Of a stretch of DNA of 64,000 nucleotides, positions 45,818 to 56,112 are shown piece after piece. The notes beneath the pieces were generated by a model. The model made no database searches. It saw only the letters and a program-made list of their open reading frames with translations, and was not told where the DNA came from. The stretch is taken from positions 1 through 64,000 of the forward strand of contig JAZDJN010000042.1 of the NCBI GenBank assembly GCA_043803945.1, written 5' to 3'. Each line of letters starts with the position of its first letter. Positions within the stretch are counted from its first letter, which is position 1. The position numbers and the translations under genes are program-made. Origin of the DNA: a bacterium (lineage in GTDB: Bacteria; Bacteroidota; Ignavibacteria; UBA10030).

Positions 45818-48673
45818 ATGAGTGCGGGTGGAGGAGTAACTGAGTCGGTGAAGCGGAAAATCGTGTTTCAGAACATAGCGGACAAGCTGCTGGGGTCACC
45901 CCGGCTCAGAGAATATGAGACAACTGATGTGAAATCAAGATTACTCGCCGTCATCCTCCTGATCATGATTCTGGGTTTTGGTATCTATGATGTCAGAGGG
46001 TATCTCACCCAAGAAAATTATCAGGCCCCTTGGTATGGCTATCTCTTTCTCCTGACAGCATTTGTTATCAACCGATTCTGGTCAAATAGAGTTGCAGCTC
46101 TCCTGACCATGTTGATGTTCCCCAGTGTATTATTTTTCGGCCTCGTCACCCTTCCACAAACGATCACACTCTATTCGCTCCACTATCTGCTCGTCAGCAT
46201 AATACTGGGAAGTATCCTGCTGCGGTGGAGAGAATTGCTCCTCTATATGATACTAATTCTGGCTGGGATCGGCCTCTTACCGTCTCTCTTCCCGGCAGTT
46301 ATACCGGATGTGAATGCCATTGTTGAACTCCTGGTGTTCAATGCCATGGGGGGATTATTGGTGCTTCTCAAGATGCACCTCCGTGATCGTGGAGAGCAGC
46401 GGCGTCAGGAACAGATTACGGAAAGCGAGAAACGCTTCCATACGATTTTTGATTCGGTGAATGATGCCATCGTTGTCCATCATCCGCAGAGTGGTGCAAT
46501 ACTCGAAGTGAATCAGAAAATGTGTGAAATGTATGGGTTAACGCATGAAGAGGCTCTCAAGAGCAGCGTTGGAGACATTAGTTCGGGGGAATCTCCTTAT
46601 ACCCAGGACGATGCAATACAGTCTTTGCAGCGGGCAATGAAGGGCGAACCGCAAGTGTTCGAATGGCATGCAAAAGGTAAGAGCGGCCGTCTTTTTTGGG
46701 TTGAAGTGAATATGCAAAAAGCAGTGATTGATCATGAAGATCGAATTCTTGTCACTGTCCGGGATACCTCAGATCGGAAACAGATTCAAGAACAGTTGCG
46801 GATCCTCTCACAGGCAGTAGAACAAAGTCAGGTTTCGGTTGTTATCACCGATCAGAGGGGAGATGTTGAATATGTGAATTCAAAATTTTGCCAGATCACA
46901 GGATACTCGAGGGAAGAAGTAAAAGGGCAGAATCCGCGAGTTCTGAAATCGGGACATACTCCCGATATGGAATATAAACGACTATGGGAGACACTTAGTG
47001 CCGGTAATGTTTGGCGCGGCGAGTTTCACAACAAGAAGAAAAACGGTGAACTGTTTTGGGAGTCTGCCTCAATTTCGCCCGTGAAAGACTATGCAGGGAG
47101 AATAACACACTACCTTGCGGTGAAAGAGGATATTACTGAGAAAAAGAAGATAGAAGAGGCGCTGGCACAGGAGCGATATTTCGTAGAAGCACTTATGAAT
47201 AATTTGCCCGATCTCATCTATTTCAAAGATCATGAAAGCAGGTTTGTGGCAGTCAGCCGGTCCTTTATGCGCCTGCTTGGTCTCTCCAATCCGTCGCACA
47301 TCATCGGCAGAACTGATTTCGATATTTTTGCACAAGAACATGCGCGGCCGGCGTTTGAGGATGAGCAACAAATCATGGCCACCGGCATCCCGATCATAAG
47401 CAAGGAGGAGAAAGAGGTTTGGACCGATGGAAAAGTCACATGGGCACTCACAACGAAAATGCCCTGGCGATCGCCCGACGGAAAAATTATCGGTACGTTT
47501 GGCATCTCTCGTGATATTACCCTGCGGAAGAAGTATGAGGAGGCAAATCAAGAGAGCGAAGAACGGCTCAAAATTACTTTTGAACAGGCCGCTGTTGGCA
47601 TTGCTCATGTGGAGACGACTGGTAAATTCATGCGCGTGAACCAGAGATTTTGCGATATCCTCGGCTATACGAAAGACGAGTTGCTCAACCTCTCATTTCA
47701 GGCAATCACACATCCGGAACATCTTGCAGTCGATATTCACGATGCCCGCGAACTATTCGAGGGTAAAATCGAGAACTATACCAAGGAGAAGCGGTATCTC
47801 CGAAAAGATGGAACGCCCGTGTGGACGAACCTTACCGTTGCTCTTGTGAGAGATACTCAGGGCAAACCGAAATACTCGATCAGTGTCATCGAGGATATCT
47901 CGGCCCGTAAGCAGGTGGAAGAACAGATCCGGAAGTTGAATGAAGAACTCGAAGAGCGGGTCGAAGAACGTACCGCCGAGCTTCAGGCAGCAAACAAAGA
48001 ATTGGAATCATTCAGCTACTCCGTTTCCCACGACCTTCGCGCACCTCTTCGTCATATCTCGGGGTACGTTGAGCTCTTGAAGGAGCGGATCATCTCGTCA
48101 CTGGATGAACAAAGCCTTCGCTATCTTGCAACAGTCGAACAAGCCGCTATCCGGTTGGGAACACTGATCGACCAGTTGCTGATGTTTTCGCGTGTGGGTC
48201 GGGCAGAGATCCGAAAAATGAGTGTGGATATTGGGGAAATGGTAAATGAGATTCGGCTGGAACTCGCTGAAGAGCATAAGGATAGGACGGTAAGCTGGAC
48301 TATCAACCCTGTTCCTGCTGTCGAGGCCGATCCGATGCTCATACGACAGGTCCTCACAAATCTCCTCTCAAATGCCTTGAAATTCACTCAAAAGAGTGAT
48401 TACGCAAGAATCGAATTTGGTTGTTCTGAAGGAGACATTGATTCGAACGAAATCATATTCTTTGTAAAAGATAATGGTGCCGGTTTTGATATGAAATATG
48501 TCGGGAAACTCTTTGGAGTCTTTCAGCGATTGCACGCACCTGACGAGTTTGAAGGAACAGGAATCGGATTGGCAAATGTCAGGAGAATTATCCAGAAACA
48601 TGGCGGCCGAACCTGGGCTGAGGGTGTTGTGGATGGGGGAGCAATTTTCTATTTTACATTAAGCAAATCATAA
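45818..48673 (+). CDS. Membrane-bound multi-PAS sensor histidine kinase
   Basis: About 5 TM, four PAS/PAC units, FSYSVSHDLRAPLRH, FQRLH...FEGTGIGL. Confidence 0.92.
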   Translation: MSAGGGVTESVKRKIVFQNIADKLLGSPRLREYETTDVKSRLLAVILLIMILGFGIYDVRGYLTQENYQAPWYGYLFLLTAFVINRFWSNRVAALLTMLMFPSVLFFGLVTLPQTITLYSLHYLLVSIILGSILLRWRELLLYMILILAGIGLLPSLFPAVIPDVNAIVELLVFNAMGGLLVLLKMHLRDRGEQRRQEQITESEKRFHTIFDSVNDAIVVHHPQSGAILEVNQKMCEMYGLTHEEALKSSVGDISSGESPYTQDDAIQSLQRAMKGEPQVFEWHAKGKSGRLFWVEVNMQKAVIDHEDRILVTVRDTSDRKQIQEQLRILSQAVEQSQVSVVITDQRGDVEYVNSKFCQITGYSREEVKGQNPRVLKSGHTPDMEYKRLWETLSAGNVWRGEFHNKKKNGELFWESASISPVKDYAGRITHYLAVKEDITEKKKIEEALAQERYFVEALMNNLPDLIYFKDHESRFVAVSRSFMRLLGLSNPSHIIGRTDFDIFAQEHARPAFEDEQQIMATGIPIISKEEKEVWTDGKVTWALTTKMPWRSPDGKIIGTFGISRDITLRKKYEEANQESEERLKITFEQAAVGIAHVETTGKFMRVNQRFCDILGYTKDELLNLSFQAITHPEHLAVDIHDARELFEGKIENYTKEKRYLRKDGTPVWTNLTVALVRDTQGKPKYSISVIEDISARKQVEEQIRKLNEELEERVEERTAELQAANKELESFSYSVSHDLRAPLRHISGYVELLKERIISSLDEQSLRYLATVEQAAIRLGTLIDQLLMFSRVGRAEIRKMSVDIGEMVNEIRLELAEEHKDRTVSWTINPVPAVEADPMLIRQVLTNLLSNALKFTQKSDYARIEFGCSEGDIDSNEIIFFVKDNGAGFDMKYVGKLFGVFQRLHAPDEFEGTGIGLANVRRIIQKHGGRTWAEGVVDGGAIFYFTLSKS

Positions 48674-48688
48674 ATAGGAGCCTCTTCG

Positions 48689-49150
48689 ATGACGACTTTA
48701 AAAACGATTTTACTTGCGGAAGACGATCCACGGGATCAAGAGCTGACGCTTGCTGTGTTGGGTCAGCAGAATCTTGTGAATGAAGTGGCGGTCGCCAATG
48801 ATGGAGAGGAGGCTCTTGATTATCTTTATCGGCGGGGAAAATTCTCAGCTCGTCAGGAGGGGAATCCGGCAGTTGTCGTGCTTGATCTGAAAATGCCTAA
48901 AGTCGATGGACTTGAGGTCCTGAAACAAATTCGGTCCGATCCTCAGTTGAAAACGTTACCGGTCGTCATCCTGAGCTCCTCGCGGGAGGAAGGTGATTTA
49001 CGGAATACCTATGATCTGGGAGTCAATGCGTACGTTGTCAAACCGGTCGACTTTCGAGAGTTCTCCAATAAAGTGAAACAGCTTGGGTTGTTCTGGGCGA
49101 CAACCAATGAACCGCCTCCGGCATCGACCAAATCTCGCTCTAGAGTTTAA
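48689..49150 (+). CDS. Single-domain response regulator (Rcp1/CphR-like)
   Basis: ILLAEDD, LDLKMP, AYVVKPV, C-terminal LGLFW. Confidence 0.93.
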   Translation: MTTLKTILLAEDDPRDQELTLAVLGQQNLVNEVAVANDGEEALDYLYRRGKFSARQEGNPAVVVLDLKMPKVDGLEVLKQIRSDPQLKTLPVVILSSSREEGDLRNTYDLGVNAYVVKPVDFREFSNKVKQLGLFWATTNEPPPASTKSRSRV

Positions 49151-49157
49151 CCTCCAC

Positions 49158-50990
49158 ATGGTGGCTATGAATACGCCTCTGCGTATACTTTCCCTTGAAG
49201 ATGATGAAGATGATTATGAACTGATCTGTGCCACTCTACTGAAGGAAGGCATCGACTGTGAAATTGTTCGTGTTAGTAATCGTCAGGATTTTCTAGCGGC
49301 GGTTTGGAGCAAGTCGTTTGAAATTATTCTAGCAGACCATTCTTTACCCGGCTTCGATGGGATTGCAGCGTTGGATATTGCGCGCGAACATTGTCCCGAT
49401 GTTCCGTTCATCTTTGTCTCCGGTGTTCTGGGAGAAGAACTCGCCATCGAAACTCTCCGAAGTGGTGCCACAGATTATGTTTTAAAAACACGACTCTCCC
49501 GCTTGGGTTTTGCGGTAAAACGGGCTCTTCGGGAAACTGAAGACCGGGTAGAACGAAAAATTGCTGAGGATGCCTATCGTGCAGTGGTTGAAAACTCGAT
49601 CCAGGGATTGGTCATTTTTCAGGAAGGTCGGATAGTCTTCGCCAATCCGGCGATGGAAACGATCAGCGGTTGCCGCCTGGAAGAGTTATTCTCCTTCACC
49701 CCCCGTCAGGTATGGGAAAGAATTCATCCCGAGGATCGGCGCCTGATCAGGCAGAAGATGAATGGCAAATGGCAGGATGCCCCACTAGAACCTGGCTTTG
49801 GGGTACGTTTTTTCCGTAAAGATAAAACCATTTGCTGGCTCTCAATTTTTGCCAGCACCATCGAATATCGCGGCCAGCCAGCCCTTCAGTCGGCATGCGT
49901 CGATATCACAGAACGTAAGCTGGCAGAAGAAGCTCTCCGGGAGAGTGAGGAGCGCTATCGATTACTGGTTGAGAATTCGACAGATCTCGTTGCAGAGTTG
50001 AGTCCGGCGGGTAAATTCCTGTACGTGAGTCCGAATTATCGTTCAATTCTTGGGTATGAACAAACGGCGTTGATTCAGACCGATGTACTCGCAAATGTCT
50101 ATGGGCGTGAACAATCCTTCGTACGATCGTCGTTCTATCAAGAAAAGGTTCCGGTTATTGGACCGTACCGATATCGGCACGCTGACGGCTCGTGGCATTG
50201 GCTGGAATCTTCAAGCCAACGCTATAATACTTCCTCAGGAGAGGAGCGGATAGTCATGGTTTCTCGTGACGTGACTCAGAAAAAAATAGCCGATGAAGAA
50301 TTGGTAGAGTCACGAAAACAGCTTCAACGTTTTTCGGAACACCTTGAGAATACGCTCGATGAAGAGAGGAAACGAATTTCCCGTGAGATCCATGACGAGC
50401 TTGGCCAGCTCTTAACCATCTTGAAGTTTGATATTAGTTGGCTTAAATTGAACCTGTCTGAAAAGAATCCTGTTCTGGCTGAAAAAATCGATTCCATGTT
50501 GGAGGCAGTGGGACAGGCACTGGGTTCGGTCAAGCGAATTTCAAAGGAGATCCGGCCGCCGCAACTGGAGGTGCTCGGTTTATGCGGGGCGATTCAGTGG
50601 GACCTCAGCCAATTTTCTGCGAAGGTGGGAATTCGCTCGACGATCCGCATCAGCCCTTCGGAATTTACACTCGATAAAGATCGGAATATGGTCGTCTATC
50701 GGGTCTTCCATGAAGCATTGACAAATGTGATTCGTCATGCACAAGCGTCGTCAATTAATGTTGAACTCGATCGAAAGTCGGACTCGGTTGTTCTCAGAGT
50801 GCAAGATGACGGTCGGGGTATTTCTAAAAAAGAATTGCAAGGAACGATTTCCCTTGGCCTGGTTGGGATGCGTGAGCGAATTCGACCGTGGAACGGAACG
50901 CTGACCATCGCTGGGAAACGAGGAAAAGGAACACTCGTTGTTATGCAAATACCCGTTGATGAAATCAACAAGGAAGGAACTCCACCATGA
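49158..50990 (+). CDS. REC-PAS-PAS-HisKA_3 hybrid histidine kinase (UhpB/NarX-like output)
   Basis: N-terminal REC (LEDD, ADH..P, DYVLK), EERKRISREIHDELGQ, EALTNVIRHA, DDGRG, LGLVGMRER; start at ATG 49158 or 49167. Confidence 0.92.
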   Translation: MVAMNTPLRILSLEDDEDDYELICATLLKEGIDCEIVRVSNRQDFLAAVWSKSFEIILADHSLPGFDGIAALDIAREHCPDVPFIFVSGVLGEELAIETLRSGATDYVLKTRLSRLGFAVKRALRETEDRVERKIAEDAYRAVVENSIQGLVIFQEGRIVFANPAMETISGCRLEELFSFTPRQVWERIHPEDRRLIRQKMNGKWQDAPLEPGFGVRFFRKDKTICWLSIFASTIEYRGQPALQSACVDITERKLAEEALRESEERYRLLVENSTDLVAELSPAGKFLYVSPNYRSILGYEQTALIQTDVLANVYGREQSFVRSSFYQEKVPVIGPYRYRHADGSWHWLESSSQRYNTSSGEERIVMVSRDVTQKKIADEELVESRKQLQRFSEHLENTLDEERKRISREIHDELGQLLTILKFDISWLKLNLSEKNPVLAEKIDSMLEAVGQALGSVKRISKEIRPPQLEVLGLCGAIQWDLSQFSAKVGIRSTIRISPSEFTLDKDRNMVVYRVFHEALTNVIRHAQASSINVELDRKSDSVVLRVQDDGRGISKKELQGTISLGLVGMRERIRPWNGTLTIAGKRGKGTLVVMQIPVDEINKEGTPP

Positions 50991-51619
50991 TTCGTGTCCT
51001 GATCGCCGATGATCACCCGGTTGTACGCAAAGGCTTGAAAACCATTCTGAAAGACGCGACGGACATCAAAATCGAGGGAGAAGCTGCCGATGGACTCGAA
51101 GTGATGGATAAGGTCCGCACGGAAGATTATGATGTCATTGTTATGGATATTACAATGCCAAGACTCGATGGCATTGAAACCATCGCACGCATCAAGGCAG
51201 AACGTCCAGAGGTCGCAATACTCGTACTCAGCATGAATCCTGAAGAGGTATTTGGGATGAGGGCGTTGAAACTTGGTGCCTCGGGCTATCTTTCCAAAGA
51301 CAGTGCCCCTGAGCAACTCATCGGCGCGATTCGCCGAGTTGCCTCTGGCCGGGTCTTCATTTCCCCCGAACTAGCTGAATCTGTGGCGATGAGTGTGAGC
51401 AAAGGCTCGCCGAAACTGCCTCATGAATTGCTTTCGGATCGCGAATACCAAATTATGCTCATGCTGGCAAAGGGAAAAGCGCTCAAAGAAATTGCTTCAG
51501 AGTTGTCCTTGAGCGTAAAAACGGTAAGCACGCATCGGTCGCATATTCTAGCAAAGCTGAATATGGTAAATAACGCCCAAATCGTTACGTACGTCCTGCA
51601 AAACAGGCTCATCTCATGA
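50987..51619 (+). CDS. NarL/FixJ-family (LuxR-HTH) response regulator
   Basis: LIADDHPVVR, MDITMP, LSDRE...LSVKTVSTHR..IL.KL; 4-bp overlap with the upstream kinase. Confidence 0.95.
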   Translation: MIRVLIADDHPVVRKGLKTILKDATDIKIEGEAADGLEVMDKVRTEDYDVIVMDITMPRLDGIETIARIKAERPEVAILVLSMNPEEVFGMRALKLGASGYLSKDSAPEQLIGAIRRVASGRVFISPELAESVAMSVSKGSPKLPHELLSDREYQIMLMLAKGKALKEIASELSLSVKTVSTHRSHILAKLNMVNNAQIVTYVLQNRLIS

Positions 51620-51655
51620 AGGTGTAGGAGACTACCAGAGGGTGATGCTAAGAGG

Positions 51656-51675
51656 CTATAGGAATATTCTTATAG
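51656..51675. promoter_or_regulatory. Near-perfect 20-bp palindrome, candidate NarL/LuxR-type binding box
   Basis: CTATAGGAATATTCTTATAG, with one mismatched pair. Confidence 0.55.
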
Positions 51676-51796
51676 TCAAATCATCATTTCCCCTCTTGAT
51701 CTCTCCAAAATACCCGCGAGAGCTTGATTCTATCCCATTCCTCCCATGTAAATACTTCGTGCTGCCTGCCCATCTATGCTACCTTGCCTGAGGTGG

Positions 51797-51838
51797 AATA
51801 GGAAAGTTCTGATACAAAATTCAAGCGTCTACCGATTT
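51797..51838 (+). promoter_or_regulatory. Composite regulatory motif, copy A (upstream of the MCP block)
   Basis: AATAGGAAAGTTCTGATACAAAATTCAAGCGTCTACCGATTT; 27/42 gapless identity to 61230-61271. Confidence 0.55.
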
Positions 51839-51950
51839 TATTCAGATTTGTAAAACACGAAATTGCATACGAAAAATCTCAGGATTTCTCATCCAGCAAG
51901 CGAGCATTAGTAGCTCACAGAACAATTGGGAAAACAGGTGGATCGCTGCT

Positions 51951-53744
51951 ATGGACCATAAGAACATTCTATTTCGTTGGTTCTACAACATGAAAATTAA
52001 GACAAAGTTAATCGTGAGCATCACCATCGGATCGATCTTCGGAGGTGCCATTGGGGCAATCGGCTTATTCTTTATTTCGCACCTGCGATCGGACCTGGAG
52101 ACACTCAATCAGCAACAACTGCAACGGATGACTCAACTCTATCAGGTTACGATTAGCATTCAGGAATATCGGACGGAGATGGGACAGTTGATCTATGCGA
52201 AGACTCCTGAGGACCGAATCCAGGTTGAGGAACATGTAAAAAATCGAGCAGTTCAATTCAGTAAAGTACTGAAGAGCATTGAAGAGGCCACAAACTCAGA
52301 AAAGGAGAGAGGCCTCATCGCCAGTATCAAAGCGCAAGGTGATCAGATGAGACAGCACTTCCAGAGTCTTGTTGATCTTCCTCAGGCGAATCGGGTAAAA
52401 GGAATGAATTCGATAATGACCGGTCCGATGGATGCAACATCCATCGCGATAAATCAATCACTCGATCAATTACTCGAGATGTATCGCCTCTCACTAAAAA
52501 CTGTAACGGCGGAAAGTACGAACGCTGCACAAAGAGCTGAATTGATTCTTACGCTTGTTCTATCCTTAGCTGTCTTATCGGGACTGATCTGGGCCTTCAT
52601 CCTGGCAGGTATGGTTACAAAGCCCATCCACCGTCTTGTGAAGCAAATTGAAGAGGCTGACCTGAATCTCAATTTAAATTCACGCCGCAACGATGAAATA
52701 GGTCGGCTTATGCGTGCATTCGATGGATTCGTTCGGAAAATTCGAGTAACGATTACTGGTGTGGCAGAGATCACCGATGCTGTCACAAATATCTCTGCAG
52801 AACTCTCGGCCAGTACGATCTCGATGGCTTCGGGAGCTGAAGAACAAAGTACCCAGGCTACGGATGTCTCAGCATCGGTTGAGCAAATGAGTAAGACCAT
52901 CCTCGAGAATTCGCGCAACGCCAATGTTACCGTAGAGACAGCAACGACCGCCAAGAAAGCAGCAGAGGAAGGCGGGCTTGTTGTTGAAGAAAGTATTATC
53001 GCAATGAAACGGATTGCGGTGGTTGTAAAGCAGTCGGCGGAAACGGTTCGGGCGTTAGGGAAATCAAGCGATCAGATCGGAGCGATTGTCTCTGTTATTG
53101 ATGACATTGCGGATCAAACAAACCTGCTGGCATTGAATGCCGCTATTGAAGCTGCCCGTGCCGGTGAACAGGGGCGTGGCTTCGCCGTCGTTGCAGATGA
53201 AGTGCGGAAACTTGCCGAGCGTACGACAAAGGCAACAAAAGAGATAGCAGAGATGATCAGGAAGATCCAAAAGGATACATCTGAGGCGGTTCATTCGATG
53301 GAACAAGGAACGAAAGAAGTGGATCAAGGAATCAAACTTGTCGATGCGGCCGGTACCTCGTTGCGCACCATTATGGATGTATCGCACCAGGTGACGGAAA
53401 TGGTGGTGCATATCGCTTCTGCAAGTGAAGAACAAGCTCACGCCAGCGAATCGATTGCCAAGAGTGTTGAACAAATCAGTGTGGTAACACAGGAGAGTGC
53501 CGGCGGGATACAGCAAATTTCGCGTGCAACAGAAGATTTGGATAAACTAATTGAGTCGCTGAGACAGTTAATGAGTAATTTTAAAATTACTTCAGCACCG
53601 GAAAGCCTTGAATCGGCACATTCCGAAATTCCAGTCGCAGCACGGAACCGCTACAGCGGTGATACAATGGATCGCAAGAGCAGTGGATCCTGGCGACCGA
53701 GCCAAAAACAGGCAGAGCAACATCCTGTCCAACATCACGTTTAG
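51951..53744 (+). CDS. Methyl-accepting chemotaxis protein (4HB sensor, HAMP)
   Basis: Two TM, HAMP, hairpin [37 protein letters not shown]. Confidence 0.96.
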   Translation: MDHKNILFRWFYNMKIKTKLIVSITIGSIFGGAIGAIGLFFISHLRSDLETLNQQQLQRMTQLYQVTISIQEYRTEMGQLIYAKTPEDRIQVEEHVKNRAVQFSKVLKSIEEATNSEKERGLIASIKAQGDQMRQHFQSLVDLPQANRVKGMNSIMTGPMDATSIAINQSLDQLLEMYRLSLKTVTAESTNAAQRAELILTLVLSLAVLSGLIWAFILAGMVTKPIHRLVKQIEEADLNLNLNSRRNDEIGRLMRAFDGFVRKIRVTITGVAEITDAVTNISAELSASTISMASGAEEQSTQATDVSASVEQMSKTILENSRNANVTVETATTAKKAAEEGGLVVEESIIAMKRIAVVVKQSAETVRALGKSSDQIGAIVSVIDDIADQTNLLALNAAIEAARAGEQGRGFAVVADEVRKLAERTTKATKEIAEMIRKIQKDTSEAVHSMEQGTKEVDQGIKLVDAAGTSLRTIMDVSHQVTEMVVHIASASEEQAHASESIAKSVEQISVVTQESAGGIQQISRATEDLDKLIESLRQLMSNFKITSAPESLESAHSEIPVAARNRYSGDTMDRKSSGSWRPSQKQAEQHPVQHHV

Positions 53745-53767
53745 GAGAATTGTAAGGAGATTCCAAT

Positions 53768-55549
53768 ATGAATTGGCTATCAAGATTCAGGCTCCGTTCA
53801 CAAATCCTTGCTGTGTTTGCTATTCTTGCCATCGTGGTGGGTGTGTTCGGTTATGTGTCGATGAAAGATAATCAGGAAGTCGCAAACTCGGCTGCGGTAA
53901 TGTACAATCACAACGTCAAGTCGCTTGAGAAGTTGAACCAGGTGCTTGTCGTGCTTCAACGGATAAACAATGGCTACAATATGATGACCTTCTCGCGGAC
54001 AGCGGAAGAGGTAAGGCAGTTTGCAGAATCAGTAAAAGCTCAGAATATCGAACTCACAAGATTAATGACAGAACTTCTCGGACATTCTGAAGGGGGGCAG
54101 AAGCAGGCGCTGTCATCGTTGTCGGAGTCCGCAGGGTTATATACCCAGGTTTGTGAACGTATTGAGCCGCTGATGATCGCAAAAAATGTGAAGGAAGCTC
54201 GTACCGTCGTCATCGAGGAGGTCAATCTCGCTCGGTCCGGACTCGAAAGCAATATTATGGCTGTGGGAAAGCTCTTCTCTGAAGAGTCGAGAGTGAACGC
54301 AGAACAAGGCCAGGGGAAATTGGCACAACTTCAACTCACCACGGTTGCGGGTGCTCTCCTGGTGGTCTCCATCCTCATTATCTTCGGGCTGCTTATCAGT
54401 CGGTCCATTACAAAACCGATTCGTTCACTTGTCCATACTATTGACGCGGCCAATCTCCATACGGCCTTTAACTCCTCGAGGCACGATGAGATTGGAGATT
54501 TGATGCGTTCATTCGACAAATTTGTCGGAACGATAAAGGAAACACTCTTGAAAGTTGTTGAAGCAACAGCCTCTGTAGCAAGTGCCTCTTCTGAAATATC
54601 GGCGAGTACAGAACAGATGGCCGCCGGTGCACAGCAACAGAGTACACAAGCAAGCAATGTGGCAACCGGTGTCGAAGAGATGACAAAAACAATTTTTGAG
54701 AATTCACGCAACGCCGGCAGTACTGCCGAGACCGCCCGGTCGGCGCGTGAGGCGGCAGAACAGGGCGGTAGGGTGGTTACCGAATCAATGGGCGGGATGA
54801 TGAGAATTGCCGAAACGGTGAAGCAGTCTGCCGAGACTGTCAAGGCACTGGGAAGCTCAAGTCATCAGATTGGTGAAATCATCCTTGTGATTGATGACAT
54901 TGCTGATCAAACAAATCTCTTGGCACTCAATGCGGCGATCGAGGCGGCGCGGGCAGGTGAACAAGGGCGCGGATTTGCGGTCGTTGCGGATGAGGTCCGA
55001 AAGTTAGCTGAACGAACTACGAAGGCAACAAAAGAAATTGCTGAGACGATTAAGAAAATTCAATTAGACACAAAAGAGGCGGTGAATTCTATGGAGCAGG
55101 GTACCCTGGAGGTTGATAAGGGCATTAAAATGGCTGAAGATGCAGCAAATTCCCTGAATGAAATAGTGAATATTTCACAAACAGTGATGGAGAAGGTAGC
55201 ACATATTGCTGTGGCCAGCGAGCAGCAAGCCGGAGCAAGTGAGGAGATTTCCCGCAATGTCGAAGCCATCAGTCGTGTCACCGCGGAAACCGCAAATGGC
55301 ATTCAACAAATTGCGCGATCAGCTGAGGATTTGAACAGACTCACCGGCTCGCTGGAGAAATTAATAAGCAGGTTCTCCATCGAACAGGCACAACCTTCAG
55401 CAGCAAAAGGAACAGGAGGCTTACCTCTGGGCAGACCCCGCTTCAATGCTGTTAAAAGGGAACCGTTGTTCGCTGTCAGAGAGAATAGTAAGATTGTGCA
55501 TCATCATGAACCTGGAGTTCTTAAACAGACCCTGAAAGGGAAGGAGTAA
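53768..55549 (+). CDS. Methyl-accepting chemotaxis protein
   Basis: Same architecture and hairpin motif as the upstream MCP. Confidence 0.96.
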   Translation: MNWLSRFRLRSQILAVFAILAIVVGVFGYVSMKDNQEVANSAAVMYNHNVKSLEKLNQVLVVLQRINNGYNMMTFSRTAEEVRQFAESVKAQNIELTRLMTELLGHSEGGQKQALSSLSESAGLYTQVCERIEPLMIAKNVKEARTVVIEEVNLARSGLESNIMAVGKLFSEESRVNAEQGQGKLAQLQLTTVAGALLVVSILIIFGLLISRSITKPIRSLVHTIDAANLHTAFNSSRHDEIGDLMRSFDKFVGTIKETLLKVVEATASVASASSEISASTEQMAAGAQQQSTQASNVATGVEEMTKTIFENSRNAGSTAETARSAREAAEQGGRVVTESMGGMMRIAETVKQSAETVKALGSSSHQIGEIILVIDDIADQTNLLALNAAIEAARAGEQGRGFAVVADEVRKLAERTTKATKEIAETIKKIQLDTKEAVNSMEQGTLEVDKGIKMAEDAANSLNEIVNISQTVMEKVAHIAVASEQQAGASEEISRNVEAISRVTAETANGIQQIARSAEDLNRLTGSLEKLISRFSIEQAQPSAAKGTGGLPLGRPRFNAVKREPLFAVRENSKIVHHHEPGVLKQTLKGKE

Positions 55550-55554
55550 GACGT

Positions 55555-56049
55555 ATGACCGACCGAAGAGATTCATCGGTAAAATCTCAGACGCATGATG
55601 TTTTACAGCTTGTCAGCTTTATGATCGGCAAGGAAGAATTTGGCGTCGATATTCTTAAAGTACAAGAGATTAATCGGATGGTAGAAATTACGCGAGTGCC
55701 AAACGCTCCTGCATTTGTTAGCGGCGTTATTAACCTCCGCGGTAAAGTCATCCCGATTGTCGACCTTCGGAAGCGATTCGGGACAGGCAAGGAAGAGAAC
55801 GATAAGGACACCCGGATCATCGTTGTTGAGTTAACCGGGAAGGTGATCGGCTTCATCGTCGATGCCGTGAATGAAGTGCTCAGGATCCCCAAGAGCGTTA
55901 CTGAACCGCCGCCGCCGATTGTTGCAGGAATTGGATCCGAATACATCCATGCAGTGGCAAAGCTGGAAGATCGGTTGCTCATCCTCATCGATCTTGAGAA
56001 GATTTTGCATGCCACGGAAAAGGATGCTCTTGTTGAGGTTGCTGCATAG
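55555..56049 (+). CDS. cheW: Chemotaxis coupling protein CheW
   Basis: VQEI...ITRVPNAP..V.GVINLRG..IPIVDLR, GFIVDAV. Confidence 0.96.
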   Translation: MTDRRDSSVKSQTHDVLQLVSFMIGKEEFGVDILKVQEINRMVEITRVPNAPAFVSGVINLRGKVIPIVDLRKRFGTGKEENDKDTRIIVVELTGKVIGFIVDAVNEVLRIPKSVTEPPPPIVAGIGSEYIHAVAKLEDRLLILIDLEKILHATEKDALVEVAA

Positions 56050-56112
56050 CGTCATGGCTGGAACCTGGAGGCAACGCCTAAAAAAGTATAAGAATTCTAA
56101 GAGGAGTCTACT

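Noticed and set aside
39025-48673. Calling these kinases bacteriophytochromes
   Set aside because: Only the transmitter is phytochrome-class; no PAS-GAF-PHY photosensory core or DIP/PRxSF motifs were seen
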